Assembly: GCF_000014265.1 (NCBI RefSeq)
Contig: NC_008312.1
Span: 2,130,001-2,162,000, forward strand
DNA: 32,000 nucleotides
Direction of reading: 5' to 3'
Source of the DNA: Trichodesmium erythraeum IMS101
GTDB taxonomy: Bacteria; Cyanobacteriota; Cyanobacteriia; Cyanobacteriales; Microcoleaceae
The position numbers and the translations under genes were made by a program. Shown in pieces: positions 1 through 10,518 of the stretch; position 1 is the stretch's first letter, and each line of letters opens with the position of its first letter. The notes below the pieces were generated by a model. The model was given only the letters and a program-made list of their open reading frames with translations, searched no databases and was not told the DNA's origin.

Positions 1-194
1 ACCTCGTTTGCTCTACAATCTCCTCCATTTTATCAGTTTTCTGCTCTTTATTTTTAGCGATCGCTTTCTGAGTTCGTACTATGCACATTATATACTATCT
101 GTCAATGCGTAACTCCTATGGAATTTACATTATTTTACTATTGACAGAAAATGCCATAAATCTTACTATTGTGAAGTACGCAATAGTAAAAATT

Positions 195-680
195 ATGTTC
201 GTTGGTACAAAAGAAGCTGCTTCTCTTTTGAATATTTCAACTCAAAGAGTACGAGTCTTAATTAAAGAAGGCCGGGTTCAAGGAGCCAGAAAAATAAATG
301 GTCATACCTGGGTAATTCCTTTATATAGAGGAATGCCAAGAGTTTCTCGTAAAAAGCGTGGACCATTAGCCCGCTGGTATTCCTGTAGTCATTGTGGCAA
401 AAATACAATTCATTTCCATCGTCCTAATATTGCTGCAAATAAAAAGAAGAAAAATACCAATCTTCATGTACTTTCTGCTAAACGAGGAACTAAAACGTTA
501 GCAAAAGGTCACGAAATTGAGATTCATGGTCCTTGTAAAATTGTTTATCGCCCCAATAAACCTCATTCTTGTGGAGCAACGGTCTGGATTGAGACTTTGG
601 CAACAGCAACAATGTTGAATTTTGATGGTACATTGGAGCAAGTTGACAGCAGATGGATTGGAGAAGAGTCGTCAATGTAA
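195..680 (+). CDS. Helix-turn-helix (excisionase/MerR-like) DNA-binding protein
   Basis: Track ORF 81..680. The first 38 codons are AT-rich and low-complexity, so the start is moved to ATG 195. MFVGTKEAASLLNISTQRVRVLIKEGRV is a canonical HTH. The basic, Cys-containing C-terminal half (CSHCG, GPCKIVYRPNKPHSCGATVWIETL) continues in frame. Confidence 0.6.
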   Translation: MFVGTKEAASLLNISTQRVRVLIKEGRVQGARKINGHTWVIPLYRGMPRVSRKKRGPLARWYSCSHCGKNTIHFHRPNIAANKKKKNTNLHVLSAKRGTKTLAKGHEIEIHGPCKIVYRPNKPHSCGATVWIETLATATMLNFDGTLEQVDSRWIGEESSM

Positions 681-706
681 GAAATTAGACGTTGGTGAAT
701 TAAGGT

Positions 707-880
707 ACTGGAAAGTACAAAAGTTATTCTAAAAAACGATGGGCTAAACTGAGCTGAAAGTATTACTGAACAAGGTTTATAGCAACTACAGTTCTTGGGA
801 GAGAATTTAATATTTTGAGCTTGCTGAAAGGCTTGGCTAGCAGTATTCCCAGAACTTCCCACTGTCTAGTTACTGTCTAG
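707..880. mobile_element. MITE-like 174-bp insert with 7-bp target-site duplication TTAAGGT
   Basis: TTAAGGT at 700-706 and again at 881-887 flanks the insert. Removing the insert restores the IS1 left inverted repeat (gttggtgaattaaggtgtgatttgagttcatag). Imperfect ends: actggaaagtac / gaacttcccactg. A second copy lies at about 24493-24657. Confidence 0.6.
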
Positions 881-970
881 TTAAGGTGTGATTTGAGTTC
901 ATAGCAATCGCGATCTTAGGCAGAAAAATTATGGGATGTCTAGAATATTAATCAACTCACATCAATAAAA

Positions 971-1589
971 ATGTCTAAAAGAAAGGAAAGTAAAACTACA
1001 TCTTTGTAGAATGTGGTCGTCAATTCATTGATTGCGATGAAACTTATAGAGGTTATAGTGATCAACTCACAGATGAATGGTTAAAAATGTATGTTAATGC
1101 TATGGGCTTAAGAGGAATATCAAGAGTCAAAAAGCTACACCATACTACAATTATCAACTTGATTAAACAAGCAGGAAAACTATTACCACGTTCTTACTCT
1201 CCTCAAGAAACTCCTCAAGTAGGAGAGCTAGACGAATTACAGACATAATTAGGCTCAAAAAAACCAAATTTGGCTATAAACCGCAGTAAATCATTTTACA
1301 AAAGGAATTTTAGAATGGGTTATTGGAAATCGTATTGGAAAAACATTTTATCCTTTGTGGAAACAAGTTAAAAAATGGGAATGTTATTTTTAAGTACAGA
1401 TAGATGGAAAGTATATGCCAAGGCCTATTAATGATGGGGATAAAATTATCGGCAAAACCTATATGACCATTGTAGTTGGAGAAAATACTAGACTTCGGCA
1501 GTATCTTGCCAGATGACATCGAAGGACTCTTTGCTACTGAAAATAATTCCGAGAAGTTAAAGCATTCAATTCCCTTACTGATTCAGTAA
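971..1589 (+). pseudogene. IS1-family transposase (InsA/InsB-like), multiple stops and frameshifts
   Basis: Translated pieces: CGRQFIDCDETYRGYSDQLTDEWLKMYVNAMGLRGISRVKKLHHTTIINLIKQAG, GELDELQT*, ILEWVIGNR, and the GENTRLRQYLAR ... TLCY region. Frame breaks occur throughout, and the track shows no long ORF here. Confidence 0.65.
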
Positions 1590-1682
1590 ATATCAATTTT
1601 GGGATGTTCCAGTTCCTTAGAGATATTCACAGCCATCACTATGAACTCAAATCATACCTTAATTCACCAACGCCAGAAATTA

Positions 1683-1735
1683 TTGACATCCTCTCCCGAC
1701 ATAATTTTTGATTTGTCGGGAGATTCTCAAAACTC
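1683..1735 (-). repeat. Orphan IS200/IS605-type right-end hairpin
   Basis: ttgacatcctctcc (1683-1696) is identical to 28161-28174, next to the intact tnpB. A 9-bp stem pairs tctcccgac (1692-1700) with gtcgggaga (1715-1723). It is followed by ttc, as in the intact element. Confidence 0.55.
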
Positions 1736-1739
1736 ACGC

Positions 1740-2619
1740 CTTGGGTTTTGCTGTCATCTAGACAACTCATAAGATTTGTCCCCGACTCATCCACAGACAT
1801 TTTCAACCACGACCTGCCCAGCCAAAATTAGACCCCTCGCACAAGTCACTTTAGCTGCAACTACATCTTGATTAATTTCTAGCCCAGATTCACGATATTT
1901 ATCAATTCGTTGAGATAATTTCTTTTTTGCCCGTTTTAGTCTGACAATTTGGACAAATCTTTGAGGTGTAATTTTTATCTACTTTGCCCAAATATACACC
2001 TCGTTTCCAACATACCCAAGGAGCAAATATTAAAGAATTTATCAAAACCTGCATCATTGACATGCTTTATCATTATTCCTTTTGCCCAAGCTTTCAAGTC
2101 AATATCCTCAAAAAAAATTGAACCTGCCTGGTTGAATAAGTGGTGTGTCAAAATAAAATCAATTAGTAATATCTAATTATCGTAGAGATAGAGAGATTTT
2201 GCATAAAGATGGCGGAGGAGAGGATAGAAGTATTTAAATCAAATTGATTAATTTTTAGCTCAGATTCACGATATTTATGAATTCGTTGGGATAATTCTTT
2301 TTTGCCCGTTTTAGTCTAACAATTTGAACAAATCTGTGAGGTTTAATTTTTATCTACTTTGCCCGAATATACCCCTCGTTTCCAACATACCCAAGGAGCA
2401 AATATTAAAGAATTTATCAAAACCTGCATCATTGACATGCTTTATCATTATTCCTTTTGCCCAAGCTTTCAAGTCAATATCCTCAAAAAAAATTGAACCT
2501 GCCTGGTTGAATAAGTGGTGTGTCAAAATAAAATCAATTAGTAATATATGATTATCATAGAGATAAAGAACTTTTGGATAAATATTGTGGAGGAGAGGAT
2601 AGAAGTATTTAAATCAAAT
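1740..2619 (-). pseudogene. tnpB: tnpB (IS200/IS605 accessory nuclease) C-terminal fragment, frameshifted, internally duplicated
   Basis: Minus-strand frames give NQAGSIFFEDIDLKAWAKG (RuvC Glu region), ...KNYTSKICPNCQTKTGKKKLSQR (zinc-finger region) and LEINQDVVAAKV (RuvC Asp region), with stops and frameshifts between them. Track ORFs 1949..2176 and 2324..2551 are antisense artefacts of it. Confidence 0.55.
1868..2619. repeat. Tandem duplication, 2 x ~376 bp
   Basis: 1868-2243 and 2244-2619 align end to end with few mismatches. For example, cagattcacgatatttat occurs at 1885 and 2261, and the two track ORFs of 75 aa are near-identical. Confidence 0.9.
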
Positions 2620-2735
2620 ATAAGATTTAGATTAAAAATACATTTTTTACAGCAATTATACACGCAAAAACTAGTTGCTAAGAAAAATTATTTGTTTTAA
2701 CATATAAGAATATAAAACTATCATATAAATATTTA

Positions 2736-3360
2736 ATGTCTAAAGGTGTTATTTATATCGCAACGGGAGAAAAGTCTATTAATGAGGCACTTATATCGGC
2801 ATCTAGTTTAAAAGATAAAATTCCTGATTTGCCCATAACACTTTTTTCCATTGAAGAAGTTAATTATCAAGTTTTCAAGAAAGTTATTTTAATCAATAAT
2901 CTTCAATATGGATGGATAGATAAAATTGAATATATCCCTCAAACCCCTTCTGAGGAAACTTTATTGATTTATAGATACTGATACTTATATATGTTCTAAT
3001 TTTTAGATATATTTACTATGCTGAAATATTTTGATATAGCTGTCTCTAATGCACCAAATATAATAGTTTTTCAAGTAGTAAATGTACCAAATAGTTTACC
3101 AGAAACTAATATAGGTGTAATTCTTTTTAAACATTCTCAAAGTGCGAATATTTTTTTCCAGGAGTGGTTAAATATTTACAATAAAGATATGAATAAGCAA
3201 ACAAATTCTTCCCACGCTAAACCAGCTTTTAGAGAGGCTTTATATCATAGTAATCTTAGAATAGCAACTTTGACGCCAGAGTAAAATTATAGATTTATAA
3301 TGCCAGGATATGTTGATAAATAATTTAAAATACTTCATAGTAGACATACAGATTGACCAG
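2736..3360 (+). pseudogene. Nucleotide-diphospho-sugar glycosyltransferase-like gene, frameshifted with internal stops
   Basis: ORFs 2736..2981 and 3018..3284 are consecutive parts of one protein. The DxD region FIDTDTYICSNF reads in a shifted frame at about 2965-3003 and ends in a stop. The tail LTPE*NYRFIMPGYVDK*FKILH also carries stops. Confidence 0.55.
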
Positions 3361-3450
3361 CTATATCTAAAAGAATTAATTGATATAAAAACTAGAGAAT
3401 TTTTAAACTAAATAAATTAATTAAAAGTTTGTATGTATGGTGAAAATAAT

Positions 3451-3618
3451 ATGGTAAAACTACACAAATATAGACAGATTATAAAAGATTTTTTTACCAA
3501 ACACAGCAGTCACAAACTAGCTTTTGATAGCATAGAAGTAGAATTAATTTTTTATATAAAAATAGACTTTTACCGGCTTGTTCATGCAAAATGGAATAAA
3601 TATTTTTGTATTTTTTGA
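3451..3618 (+). pseudogene. xisI: XisI-family protein, truncated fragment
   Basis: MVKLHKYRQIIKDFFTKHSS...DSIEVELIFYIKIDFYRLVHAKWNK matches the N-terminal half of the XisI pattern (KYRxIIKxxL...IExExIFDxxxDHYQLVxxGW). It ends prematurely at 55 aa. Confidence 0.5.
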
Positions 3619-3697
3619 AATAAATCCCTCATACTACCTAAACCTTTATCCATTCGATATAATTATTAATCGTTGAAACACTAAAATAATAGTTAAA

Positions 3698-5026
3698 ATG
3701 ATCAAAATTAAAAACTTATTTATAACCAGCAGTTTTTTTTGCCTTTACCTTTCAACTTCTTGTTTAGCAAAAACTAATGAGTTTCCTGAATATACTCTAA
3801 AAAAAATATCTATAAATATTATTTCTCAACGTCAAATAGAAAAAGAAGAGGAGTTAGAATCTCTAGATATATTTTCTCCTAATCCTCTAGAAAATACTAA
3901 ACCAGATCCACTATTACCAAATCCTCCTACTTCTGGAATTATAACTGGAGAAAAACGAGAAAAACTTTCTCAGAAACTCGAGCAACTTAATGTTGAAGCA
4001 GCAGCATTATTAGCAGCAGGAGACAAAACTAAAGCTTTTGAAATTTGGAACAGAGAATTACGTTTGCGTCGTTATCTTGGTCAAGTAGAAGAGTTAGCAG
4101 CTTTGTCAAGAGTTGCTGAAATAGCTTGGGATAATAGTCAAAAATTACAGGTGCAATGGATTACAAAAAGACTCCAAATTATACAACCAGAAATTCAACG
4201 GGAAGAACCTCCTAATTTTGAATTATTACAAGCATTAGGTTCAGCATTTAATACAGTTCGAGCTAAAGATTCAGCAGTTGAAGTTTATCAACAGGTTATT
4301 AGTGAGGCAAGGAAACAAGAGGATTTTGTTACGCTAAAACAAGCTTTAATATCTGTAGGAGAAATATATTTGAATTGGTTGGATTATGATAATGCAGCGA
4401 TCGCCTATGAAGAATTATTAGATGTTCAGCAGCAGAGTAATTCAGAATTCTCTAAAATAGAAACAACAAATCCTTCTATAAATGGTAATTTTGAAAAAGC
4501 AAATACTCTGAAACAATTAGCTTTCATTTATAGTCAAGGGGGGAAACTTTTACCAGCAATTACAGCTAAAGAAAGATTAGTAGATTTTTACGAAGGTCAA
4601 CAAAATATTGCAGAAGTTTCAGAGATAAAAATTTCCATTGCTGAAAATTATGAGGAATTGGGAAGACTTAATCTTGCCAGTCAATACTATCAAGAAGCTT
4701 ATAGTATTGCTCAATCAATTCAACAATTTTTAACTGCCAGTGATGCTTTAGAAAATTTAGCAGCCCTCTATCTTTCTCAAGATGAAAAAGAGGCAGCAAT
4801 TGAAATATATAAGGTACAATTATTAATGGTTCAACAGTTTGTTAATGTTTATGGTATGATGGAAATTTATGATCGGATGGGGCAAGTTTATGCGCAGTTA
4901 AAGGCTTTTAGTTTCGCAATGTCATCTTTTCAAAAAGGTTTAGAATTATCGAGACAATTGGGTGGATATCGAGAAAGTTATTTTCTACAAAAGCTTGAAA
5001 AATTGAATAGAAATAGAAATAAGTGA
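3698..5026 (+). CDS. Secreted/periplasmic tetratricopeptide-repeat protein
   Basis: Intact 442-aa ORF. It has an N-terminal hydrophobic signal-like segment (LFITSSFFCLYLSTSCLA) and repeated TPR-like A/Y/L helical pairs (AIAYEELL, LASQYYQEAYSIAQ, MGQVYAQLKAFSFAMSSFQKGLEL). Confidence 0.8.
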   Translation: MIKIKNLFITSSFFCLYLSTSCLAKTNEFPEYTLKKISINIISQRQIEKEEELESLDIFSPNPLENTKPDPLLPNPPTSGIITGEKREKLSQKLEQLNVEAAALLAAGDKTKAFEIWNRELRLRRYLGQVEELAALSRVAEIAWDNSQKLQVQWITKRLQIIQPEIQREEPPNFELLQALGSAFNTVRAKDSAVEVYQQVISEARKQEDFVTLKQALISVGEIYLNWLDYDNAAIAYEELLDVQQQSNSEFSKIETTNPSINGNFEKANTLKQLAFIYSQGGKLLPAITAKERLVDFYEGQQNIAEVSEIKISIAENYEELGRLNLASQYYQEAYSIAQSIQQFLTASDALENLAALYLSQDEKEAAIEIYKVQLLMVQQFVNVYGMMEIYDRMGQVYAQLKAFSFAMSSFQKGLELSRQLGGYRESYFLQKLEKLNRNRNK

Positions 5027-5051
5027 TTAGACTTAAATTTTTTAGTAGGCC

Positions 5052-5150
5052 TTGAGCAATATCTATCTTGGATATAAATTACTACTAGGGGTAGAATTTT
5101 TTGGGTTTTTGTATTTGAGTAATATCTATCTTGGAGATAAATTACTACTA
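5052..5150. repeat. Two copies of a 36-nt hairpin-containing direct repeat, 63-bp period
   Basis: ttgagcaatatctatcttggatataaattactacta (5052-5087) versus ttgagtaatatctatcttggagataaattactacta (5115-5150), 34/36 identical, immediately 3' of the TPR gene. Confidence 0.6.
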
Positions 5151-5589
5151 CGAGAATAGTATTACTTCATTAATGAAAAAATCCTGTACTTGTAGAGTAT
5201 GCAAAATACAGCAATAGGAGTCAGTAAAGTTGCTGCTAGTTGAATAATTTTCTAAATAATAGAAGCCATTTTACTCATACCATTTTTGTTGGTATACTTG
5301 GCACAATCTTTAGGTAAAGGTTTCTGATAAATGTGAGTCATTTTTTTATTTATATTCCATATTCCCCACTTAAGTATGTGTTACAAAAAGATAAATAAAT
5401 CATTATTCAGAATTTTAGCAAACAAATTAATTGCATAGAACATAGAAAAAGTTAGCCACACAACTATTGTTAGTAAACAATAGTAATTTTATTTAGGTTG
5501 TAGCAAAATTCCATACTGAAAAAGTTTTGGAAAATTAAATATTTGACCATACCGCAAAAAAAGCTTCAAATAACTTAACTACTTTAAAA

Positions 5590-6125
5590 GAACTGCAAAG
5601 ATGATCAAATTTTCTGATGAAATTTTAGCCTGGCAACCAAATATCTTCAACAGGGTTTTGTTCATGGGCATTTGGAGTAAATATAGAGAAACACCAATAG
5701 CGGTTTAAGTATTTGCGGCTTTATGGATACGATAGAAGCTAAAACAGGAGAGAGTTTTTTCTATGAATTTAGCCATTTAGACACAGTATGTATGGAAAAA
5801 TATTTGGAGTTATTTGCCGAAAAATATTCTGATGATTTACATATTATTAAATTAGACAATGGACTCTCTAAATCAAAGTTTAAATATGTCAATTCCTGAG
5901 AAAATAATTTTTTGATGTCACCCTCCTTACTCTCCAGAATTAAACCATATGGAAAGACTATGGTTAGAAATAAAAATAAAATTAAAATGGGAAATATTTG
6001 ATATATTTAGAGCAACTTAAGAAAAGGTTTACATCTATAATTACAGGATTAACTTCACAGACAATAGAACTCTAGGCGGATCAGATTTAATTTTAAATGC
6101 TTTATTAAAGGCTAGAATTTAATTC
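5590..6125 (+). pseudogene. IS630/Tc1-family transposase remnant
   Basis: The DDE-region signature is readable across frames: DDLHIIKLDNG, then PPYSPELNHMERLW at 5921-5962, then KWEIFD...LEQLKKRF. Numerous stops and frameshifts. Confidence 0.6.
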
Positions 6126-6790
6126 CTAATTAAATCCTAGGTTTGACATTTTAATGTGTAGTTTATGTCTACATTTCCCTAGTTTATATCTGGCAGATAT
6201 TCTGAAGTTTTAGCTTTTTTTTGATGTTCTATTCTACTTCCTTACTCATAGTGCGCCTATTTCTAAAACCGAAAATTTTATGGTAGTGCGTCAGTAAAGT
6301 GTGGGATAAGTAATTAAGTCGTTCCAACTCCAAGGAGCGAGCACGTTCCTCAGCTCTTTGCGCAGCTGTATTTTCTTTGTGACTATGAACCCAAATCCAA
6401 TTAAATTAGGCCCTCGCCAACCTTACTGTTACCTCAGTTTGTTGCCAGAGCTTGCCAAATTTACGGGGCTTGCCAACCCAAGAATCCCCTGATGAAGCGT
6501 AGGGGTTTGCCAACCCAAGAATCTCCTTATGTCAATTCCTTATACTGGCACTGTTTTTGTTTTTTTGGACGAATGACTAAAACTAATCACTGCTGATTTG
6601 TGAGGTATTGATATTTTGGAGATGAGCATTATGAATCATTTGTCTTTTTTCAGAGGCAGTTCTCACCAAACTAATTACAGTATTATGTCATGTCCGGTAG
6701 CATCCTTTGTTTATAATAGAAGAAGAAAAAAATAATTGCCTGGAGTGATACCTATTATGCCAAGACGTTTAAGTATCCAAGAACACCTAA

Positions 6791-8167
6791 CGGGACTTTA
6801 GCAAATTTCAAGCCCAAACAAACCCTAAACTCTCTTTATGAGCGGTAAATACGTCGATGTTTTCATCTAACCACTCAACAAAACGATAAGATATTGCGGT
6901 ACGAAATGCTTCTAAAGTATCAGTAAACGTATTTAATGGTTTGTTAGCCCAACGCCTTCTTATACCTCCTGTTAACTGATGCCAGATAATAAATGTATAA
7001 GCACAAAATACTAAAATAAAATGCCTTTTAAGGCTGATTTTATCTCTGACTTGATATTCTCTTAATCCTAACCATCCTTTGGCTTCCCTGTAGAAAACTT
7101 CCACCCAATTTCTTTGAGAATAAGTAGAATATATCCACTCAGGAGTTACATATTTGTCTTCTCTATTAGTGATATAATAGTTAATATCAGTGGCCTCAGA
7201 AAAACTTTTAGCATTCATAACGATAGCTATAGTTTTTTGACCTGACATCCTAGATATTTCTACTTCTAATGTAGCTACCCAAACTTCTCTAGCATTTTTT
7301 GTACTTAGTTGAACTAAGTTGAAAGCTTTCTGAGGTATACTTTCTGCCAGCTTGTCTAATCTAATTTCCTCTTTAATGTCATCTTGTTTTTTAATGATGA
7401 CTTTTCGATTTTTAGCTAATCCTCCTATATAAGTTAAACTTCTTTTCTCTAGTTGATTTAAGAATGATGTATTGTTACCATAGCCAAATTTCAATTAACA
7501 CAATTTCTGGTTGGTGTCCTCTGGACAAACATTGATCTACTAGAGACATTGCACTCGTCTGGTTTCTTGACAAATTCTGGGTCTTTTTTTCCTTTTGGAA
7601 AAGAATCAGCTTTCTGATACAAAGCTATGTCTAAAGGTAGACTTTTAACTCCATCATAAAGATGAGTTGTCACCACGACTACACCATTATCTGTTTTTCC
7701 TATTTCTCCTATATATTGCCGCCCTACTCCTGCAGTAAAATTACCACTTTTTCTGTGGCCTGAATCGTCTATAATTAAAGCAATAGGATCGAGAAGGTTT
7801 TGTTTGGCGACGTTCCCACATTACTTGAAGACGACGCTCATTCACAGCATCTACAGACCAATTTGCTCGAACTAGAAAATGCCGTAATTTGTGGTACGTG
7901 TGACCTACAGTGTTGTTGGCAATTTGAGACAAGTTTTTTCGATCGCTTTCTCAAGAGTAATCCTCCTATATATTCCCTAAACCCTGTTTTTTGGGCTTTT
8001 GTTTTAAAGACATTGTTAAAGCGATCGCACCATCGATGGAAACAAGAGGGCATGGCCACTGAAGTTGTTTCTTTCATCAAACTTTTCCCAGGCCAGTAAT
8101 TAACGTAAAATACATATCAGGTATACATTATACCCTTTTTTTTTACTATTTTTTCACTAAAGTCCCG
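6791..8167 (-). mobile_element. IS701-like (IS4-superfamily) insertion sequence with a frameshifted transposase, 4-bp TSD CTAA
   Basis: Ends cgggactttag (6791-) and ctaaagtcccg (-8167) are inverted repeats. CTAA occurs at 6787-6790 and 8168-8171. ORFs 6808..7494, 7491..7676, 7741..7932 and 7838..8080 are pieces of one transposase (AQKTGFREYIGGLL ... FYREAKGWLGLREYQVRDKISLKRHFILVFCAYTF). Confidence 0.75.
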
Positions 8168-8242
8168 CTAAGTGTTGATGAACTAGAAAAAAATTACTGA
8201 ATTACCCATGACCCAATAGAAGGAACAAGATACCAAATCATT

Positions 8243-9392
8243 AGACATATCCAAGAATCTATAACCCAGTCATAGCAATAAAAACAGGCGAATTAGACTC
8301 GAAGCAAAAAATTGCCCTAAGAAGGAATTAATGGAGGTTTGAAGGGATAAAATCTAATTTCGGCATAAAACTATGGCTCATTCTAACGTTAACTACCTCT
8401 CCAGATTTGGAGGGTTCTATTATTTCTAAAATTAGGGAACCAATTCTCAAACGAACTAATCCACAAACAGTTAATAAGACCGATTTATATCAATTTTTAT
8501 GCAAGCGAAATCTTTCTTTAACCACAAAAAATACTTTTACAACTCGAATTAAATGCTCTACAAAAATTCGATTAGATGATAAAGCTTTATTTTCTTCAAT
8601 TTGATTTTCTGTCAATTTTCCCTTCTTGGGTTTTTTATGGGGAGTTGTAATTTGAGTTTCTCCAATGTAAGCTTTATCACCACTAAAAGTTTGGTTTGTC
8701 TTGAATTTATTTAAAGTTTGGCGACAGATTTTAATATCACTCATTGGTCCAGGTTTTCCAATTACTACATCAATAACATCTTCAGCTTTTGGTAAGATAA
8801 TAAATTGACTTTTTCGAGTATTTCTTTGGATGTTTTCCTGAATAATATTGTTTTTGTTCTTGATAGTCAGAAGGTCTTTCAATTGGTTGTTCAGCAATGT
8901 ATACAATTAATTCATAATCGGTTAACAGTTCAAGAATGCTCTCTTCTTCTTGAAACTTTTTTACTTGTTCTAACAAGCTTGGTGGTAACTCTCCTTCACA
9001 AAGTTTTTGCCAATATGTAAATATATTATGAGCCGTCGACTCACTTACTTGAAAGATAAGTCCTAAAAGTTGAAAACTTATATTATGTCTTAGATAAACT
9101 AACATGAGAACAATTTGTTCTAGAAATGATAATGATCGGATTATTCCCACTTCCTGGTTGATTAATTCTGATTTTTGTTTTTTCAATTTCTTCTTAATTT
9201 TTCTGATTGAGTAATTTTCTCTGGTCTATTAATTGTTCTAGTTGCTTGTAGTCGATTCCTAATAATCTTTTTGTCTGTTTAGGATATTTCTGAATATAGC
9301 CCCAAGTATAACTCTCCATCTGTTGTTTTAAAAATTTATTGTGAAATTTATTATACCATCTTTTTGGATTTGATTCAATTATGGAGATGTCT
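8243..9392 (-). mobile_element. IS5-family (DDE_Tnp_4-type) insertion sequence, transposase split into 3 ORFs, 3-bp TSD ATT
   Basis: Ends agacatatccaagaat (8243-) and ...attatggagatgtct (-9392). ATT occurs at 8240-8242 and 9393-9395. ORFs 9194..9424, 8782..9186 and 8490..8906 join into HTH + DDE (YYSGK..., DKAYIGE, NRIFVEHLIRVVKVF...RFR). Confidence 0.8.
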
Positions 9393-10518
9393 ATTTGGCT
9401 TAAGCGCGAAAGGAAAAACAACACTCATAAGTTTCTTCAGTCACAGGCTATTGTTTGGAGGCTATCCGTAATTGCACGTCGCTACAACCAGCAGGGTAAA
9501 GAAGGATTGGTAGATCGTCGCCATCAACATCCAGGTCCAAAAGGATTCCTCTGTGATGAACGACAAGCTCAACTGGAAATAGCTCTCCAGGAGAAAGCTC
9601 CCGATGGAGGATTAGGTCATGGTCGCAAGGTAGGAGATTTGTTAACAGAATTAATTAATTGATTATCAAATTAATCGGCGCAGGGGATGGAAATATTTAC
9701 GCTCAATGAGATATAGATTATGAATCCCTCGGCCTGAGCATAACAAATGAGCAACCCCAGCCGAACCAGAAGAGTGGAAAAAAACTCTGCTGTCAATTTG
9801 AAAAATTAAAAGCTGAATATTGAGAGACCACTGTAGAACTCTGGGCAATGGATGAACATCGTTTGGGTCTCAAGTGAATTTTCCGACAAGCATGGACACC
9901 TATTGGAGTACAACCAACTGCAGAGGTTAACTAGCGAATAAGAGTGTTTTTGGCTCTATGGGTTTATATATCCCTATGGCAGGAGCAAACTAATTGGTGG
10001 CTCTTGCCCAAAGTCAATATTACTGTTTTTAAGCAAGTGTTGGCCGACTTAGCTTAACATTTTGGTAACAGAGAAAATAAGCACATGATATTAGTGTTAG
10101 ACAGAGCAGGTTGGCACAGTAGCCAAAAACTTAAAATCCCAGAGGGTTTGCACTTGGAGTAAATACTTGCCCGCACAACTAAACTACAATCAGAAGAAAG
10201 ACTCTGGCCGATAATTAATGAACCTATAAGTAATCAAAACGACTGAAAATTTATCTCAGATGGAAGATGTAGTAAATGATCGATGTATCAACTTAATGGC
10301 ACAGCGTTCGCGGTAGCGTTGCGTAGCAATATTGCTCCGGGTAATTATTTTTTTTCTTTCTCTATTATACAGAAACGATATTACCGGATATGATATGATT
10401 TACTATCAAAAAGTTTATTAGGGCTTGAGGGAGTAAGTTACCCATAGAACGATATGACACTGACGCGATCGCGATCGTTACTCCATTCTGCTGATCCAAT
10501 TTTCAGAAAACTATATAG

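Larger units (their letters stand above)
689..1674 (+). mobile_element. IS1-family insertion sequence, decayed, interrupted by a MITE
   Basis: Terminal inverted repeats: cgttggtgaattaagg(t)...gtgatttgagttcatag at 689-903 (split by the 707-880 insert) versus ctatgaactcaaatcataccttaattcaccaacg at 1640-1672. About 805 bp once the insert is removed, which is typical IS1 size. Internal frames read as IS1 InsA/InsB. Confidence 0.7.
6683..10400 (+). mobile_element. IS630-family element (about 1.18 kb of its own sequence) carrying two nested IS insertions
   Basis: Inverted ends of about 65 bp: 6690-6760 versus 10325-10395 (ccggtagcatcctttgtttataatagaagaagaaaaaaataattgcctggag versus the reverse complement of ctccgggtaattattttttttctttctctattatacagaaacgatattaccgg). 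The ORF starts at ATG 6757 (MPRRLSIQEH). It continues after each nested IS and ends near 10310 with (S)PELQ..ERLWPIINEP at about 10170-10230. The outer ends are approximate. Confidence 0.65.

Noticed and set aside
81-194. N-terminal 38-codon extension of the HTH protein ORF.
   Set aside because: The extension (MHIIYYLSMRNSYGIYIILLL...) is AT-rich and low-complexity, and the canonical HTH begins right after the internal ATG at 195.
1949-2551. Two near-identical 75-aa plus-strand ORFs (1949..2176, 2324..2551) as a duplicated small gene.
   Set aside because: They lie antisense to recognisable tnpB coding remnants within a tandem duplication, and their sequences are low-complexity. They are artefacts of the duplicated pseudogene.
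5052-5150. Possible mini CRISPR array (36-nt repeat with about 27-nt spacing).
   Set aside because: Only two copies, the copies are not identical, and no cas genes or leader are present. It is better described as a duplicated hairpin repeat 3' of the TPR gene.
9381-9662. 93-aa ORF as an independent HTH gene.
   Set aside because: It is the N-terminal HTH portion of the IS630-family transposase pseudogene (ARRYNQQGKEGLVDRRHQHPG...APDGGL). The rest of that gene continues, frameshifted, to about 10310.
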